From positions 83,249 to 129,865 of the IMG/VR virus record IMGVR_UViG_3300021600_000003: DNA of 46,617 nucleotides; one strand, given 5' to 3'. The position numbers and the translations under genes were made by a program. This document shows, one piece after another, positions 44,886 through 46,617 of the stretch (its first letter is position 1; the number at the start of each line of letters is the position of its first letter). Source of the DNA: a virus. Lineage: Duplodnaviria > Heunggongvirae > Uroviricota > Caudoviricetes. The notes under the pieces are model-generated. The model was not told where the DNA came from. It made no database searches and saw nothing but the letters and a program-made list of their open reading frames with translations.

Positions 44886-45562
44886 GTGAAATTTGGGATT
44901 TAGTAACTCCAGTTAAAGTATTCAGAATCCATTCCGATGCAACAGTAGATGTTTGTGACGGAGATGGTAGCTGTCTAACTGTAGTAGAAAAGGATTTAGT
45001 AACAATTATAAAAAATGACAACATGAAAGCAATGAAAGATGCAGTGCTCAAAGTAGCACAAACTTTGGCTAAAGCCAACAACACAGTAACAACTCTAGAA
45101 ATTAAAAATGAATTACGGAGAGATTATCCATATTATTTCTGGACTCAACTAATAGTGAGTACATATATGGATCAGTTAGCAGGTGATGGATTGTTCAGCT
45201 ATACCGATAATGGTACATATCGTATTTACTCTTTAGTAAAAGCTAAGAAAGCTAATACTGTAGTAACTTTGAAGGCTAGTAAAAAAGCTTCACTTACTAA
45301 AACAGTTAAAGCATCTTCTAGTAATGTTACATCTACAGCTGGTACTCAATGGGTTAATATACAGAAAGCTAAGATTACTGACACAAGACTGTTAAGTTTA
45401 GCAAGTCATCCACAATTTGTTGCAGTTATTTTGGCTAATGGTCAGAATGTAACAAAGAATACTATTAAACAACAGAAGAAATCTCCTGTTGGTTATATTA
45501 GTCCAAAATTAGGAAGAATTAAGAGTATTTTGGTTGGAACTACCTTATACAATGTGAAGTAA
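44873..45562 (+). CDS. Hypothetical protein
   Basis: 229-aa ORF overlapping the PARP stop. Confidence 0.7.
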   Translation: MVKVGEIWDLVTPVKVFRIHSDATVDVCDGDGSCLTVVEKDLVTIIKNDNMKAMKDAVLKVAQTLAKANNTVTTLEIKNELRRDYPYYFWTQLIVSTYMDQLAGDGLFSYTDNGTYRIYSLVKAKKANTVVTLKASKKASLTKTVKASSSNVTSTAGTQWVNIQKAKITDTRLLSLASHPQFVAVILANGQNVTKNTIKQQKKSPVGYISPKLGRIKSILVGTTLYNVK

Positions 45563-45612
45563 TTGATTATCAAGTAGATGAGGAAGCCTATACAGCTTCC
45601 TCTTCTTCTTAT

Positions 45613-46326
45613 ATGGATTTAATAGAATATTTTAGTAAAAGAAACTTGCTAACAGATGGCAAGAGTAATACAAAAACAGCAAAGAATAGTATGGTAACAT
45701 ATTATTTATCTTTGCAGCCGACTAACTTAAATAGTAAGAAAGAGAATTTATGTAAGTTCTCTACTAAAGAATGTAGAACAGCTTGTTTGCAATTTGCTGG
45801 TAGACAATCATTTAATAATGTAGTACAAAGTAGAAGTAAGAAAACAGAGTTTTTTGTTAATCATAAAAAATTGTTTACTACTAAGTTATGGCAAGAACTA
45901 CAAAAGTTAAATGATAAAGGTAATAAAGTAGCAGTACGATTAAATCTCTTGAGTGATATAGATTGGGATATTACGTTTTTAAATATTAATGACAAATATG
46001 ATATGCAGAGTCTGACAAATATTCAATTTTATGATTATACGAAAGATCACATGAAAGTATACTCTGATAAGCTTAAGAACTATAACTTAACATTCTCCTA
46101 TTCAGGTCATAACTGGAACCATGCAGAAATATTTCTAAAAGATAAAATAGCTAATGTGGCTGTGGTATTCAAAAAAGATGTACCTTTGGCATGGAATGGC
46201 TTTAAAGTTGTAAATGGAGATATGAGTGATGAACGCTTCTTAGAGGAAAAAGGAGTTATTATTGGTCTAAAGTACAAAACTCCAAAAGGAGTTAAGTATC
46301 AGAAAACTAAATTCGTAGTAGAATGA
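45613..46326 (+). CDS. Gp88-like phage protein (Cys-triad, radical-SAM-like)
   Basis: NLC...T.ECR.ACL..AGR, VRLN..SDI.W, QFYDYTK, LTFSYS, GD..D.RFL. Confidence 0.75.
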   Translation: MDLIEYFSKRNLLTDGKSNTKTAKNSMVTYYLSLQPTNLNSKKENLCKFSTKECRTACLQFAGRQSFNNVVQSRSKKTEFFVNHKKLFTTKLWQELQKLNDKGNKVAVRLNLLSDIDWDITFLNINDKYDMQSLTNIQFYDYTKDHMKVYSDKLKNYNLTFSYSGHNWNHAEIFLKDKIANVAVVFKKDVPLAWNGFKVVNGDMSDERFLEEKGVIIGLKYKTPKGVKYQKTKFVVE

Positions 46327-46617
46327 AAGTACTGTCACTATTTGATGGAATGTCCTGTGGACAGATTGCTCTGAAAAAAGCAGGAATAACTGTAGATACA
46401 TACTATGCAAGTGAAATTGATAAGAATGCTATTAAAGTAGCTACTAACAATTTTCCTAATATGATACAACTTGGTGATATAAATACAGTTGATATTACAA
46501 AATTACCAAAGATAGATTTATTAATAGGAGGTTCTCCTTGTCAAGGATTTTCCTTTGCAGGAAAACAACTAAACTTTAATGATCCTAGAAGTAAACTATT
46601 TTTTGTATATGTAAAGA
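46323..46617 (+). CDS. DNA (cytosine-5) methyltransferase, 3'-truncated at the window edge
   Basis: MKVLSLFDGMSCG (motif I), ASEIDK, GGSPCQGFS (motif IV), DPRSKLF. Confidence 0.92.
   Translation, partial: MKVLSLFDGMSCGQIALKKAGITVDTYYASEIDKNAIKVATNNFPNMIQLGDINTVDITKLPKIDLLIGGSPCQGFSFAGKQLNFNDPRSKLFFVYVK

Noticed and set aside
212-45084. Minus-strand and nested ORFs in the track (e.g. 212..448, 473..802, 8745..9041, 19400..19765, 20546..20881, 36771..37100, 44869..45084)
   Set aside because: They are shadows of longer + strand genes or ncRNAs, with no motifs and low-complexity translations.
2243-45573. Recurrent TTGAwwATCAR near-palindrome (2243, 6211, 31834, 45563)
   Set aside because: An 11-nt AT-rich word that could recur by chance at this base composition, with no consistent position relative to promoters.
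1-46617. Stop-codon reassignment (TAG or TGA), known in some crAss-like phages
   Set aside because: Long genes are uninterrupted in the standard code, and TAG/TGA end genes at sensible, coupled positions (e.g. 19299, 21870, 35571).

Overview
AT-rich segment of a large lytic-type Bacteroidota phage, most like Crassvirales (crAss-like) by gene content; this is inference and no structural genes are in the window. Nearly all genes are on the + strand. The left half (1-25.5 kb) holds small accessory genes and many structured non-coding RNAs. The right half is a replication/metabolism module: family-B DNA polymerase split by a group I intron with a GIY-YIG endonuclease, NMNAT-Nudix plus Nampt, DnaB-like and SF2 helicases, Sak4-like ATPase, primase, UDG, rIIA/rIIB, ATP-dependent ligase, WGR-PARP, Gp88-like protein and a C5 DNA methyltransferase. 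Bacteroidota -7 promoter boxes (TAnnTTTG) support the host assignment. Four things stand out. (1) Thirteen mostly unrelated small ORFs, two of them 12- and 16-aa peptides that are almost only the motif, end in a shared C-terminal tag, roughly [IV]-x-[ND]-x-Y-[STEN]-[IL]-F-stop. (2) A promoter-driven, terminator-bounded array of variable hairpins carries conserved ACAGCAA and CTGATAAG motifs and tRNA anticodon stem-loop mimics (Thr-UGU, Lys-UUU); it lies just downstream of a DUF2828/vWA (Ro60-like) gene. (3) An expanded hatchet-ribozyme-like element heads a long structured RNA. (4) Two further structured RNA motifs each occur twice with covariation, and I cannot assign them to a known family. 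All annotation is by eye; no database searches were run.
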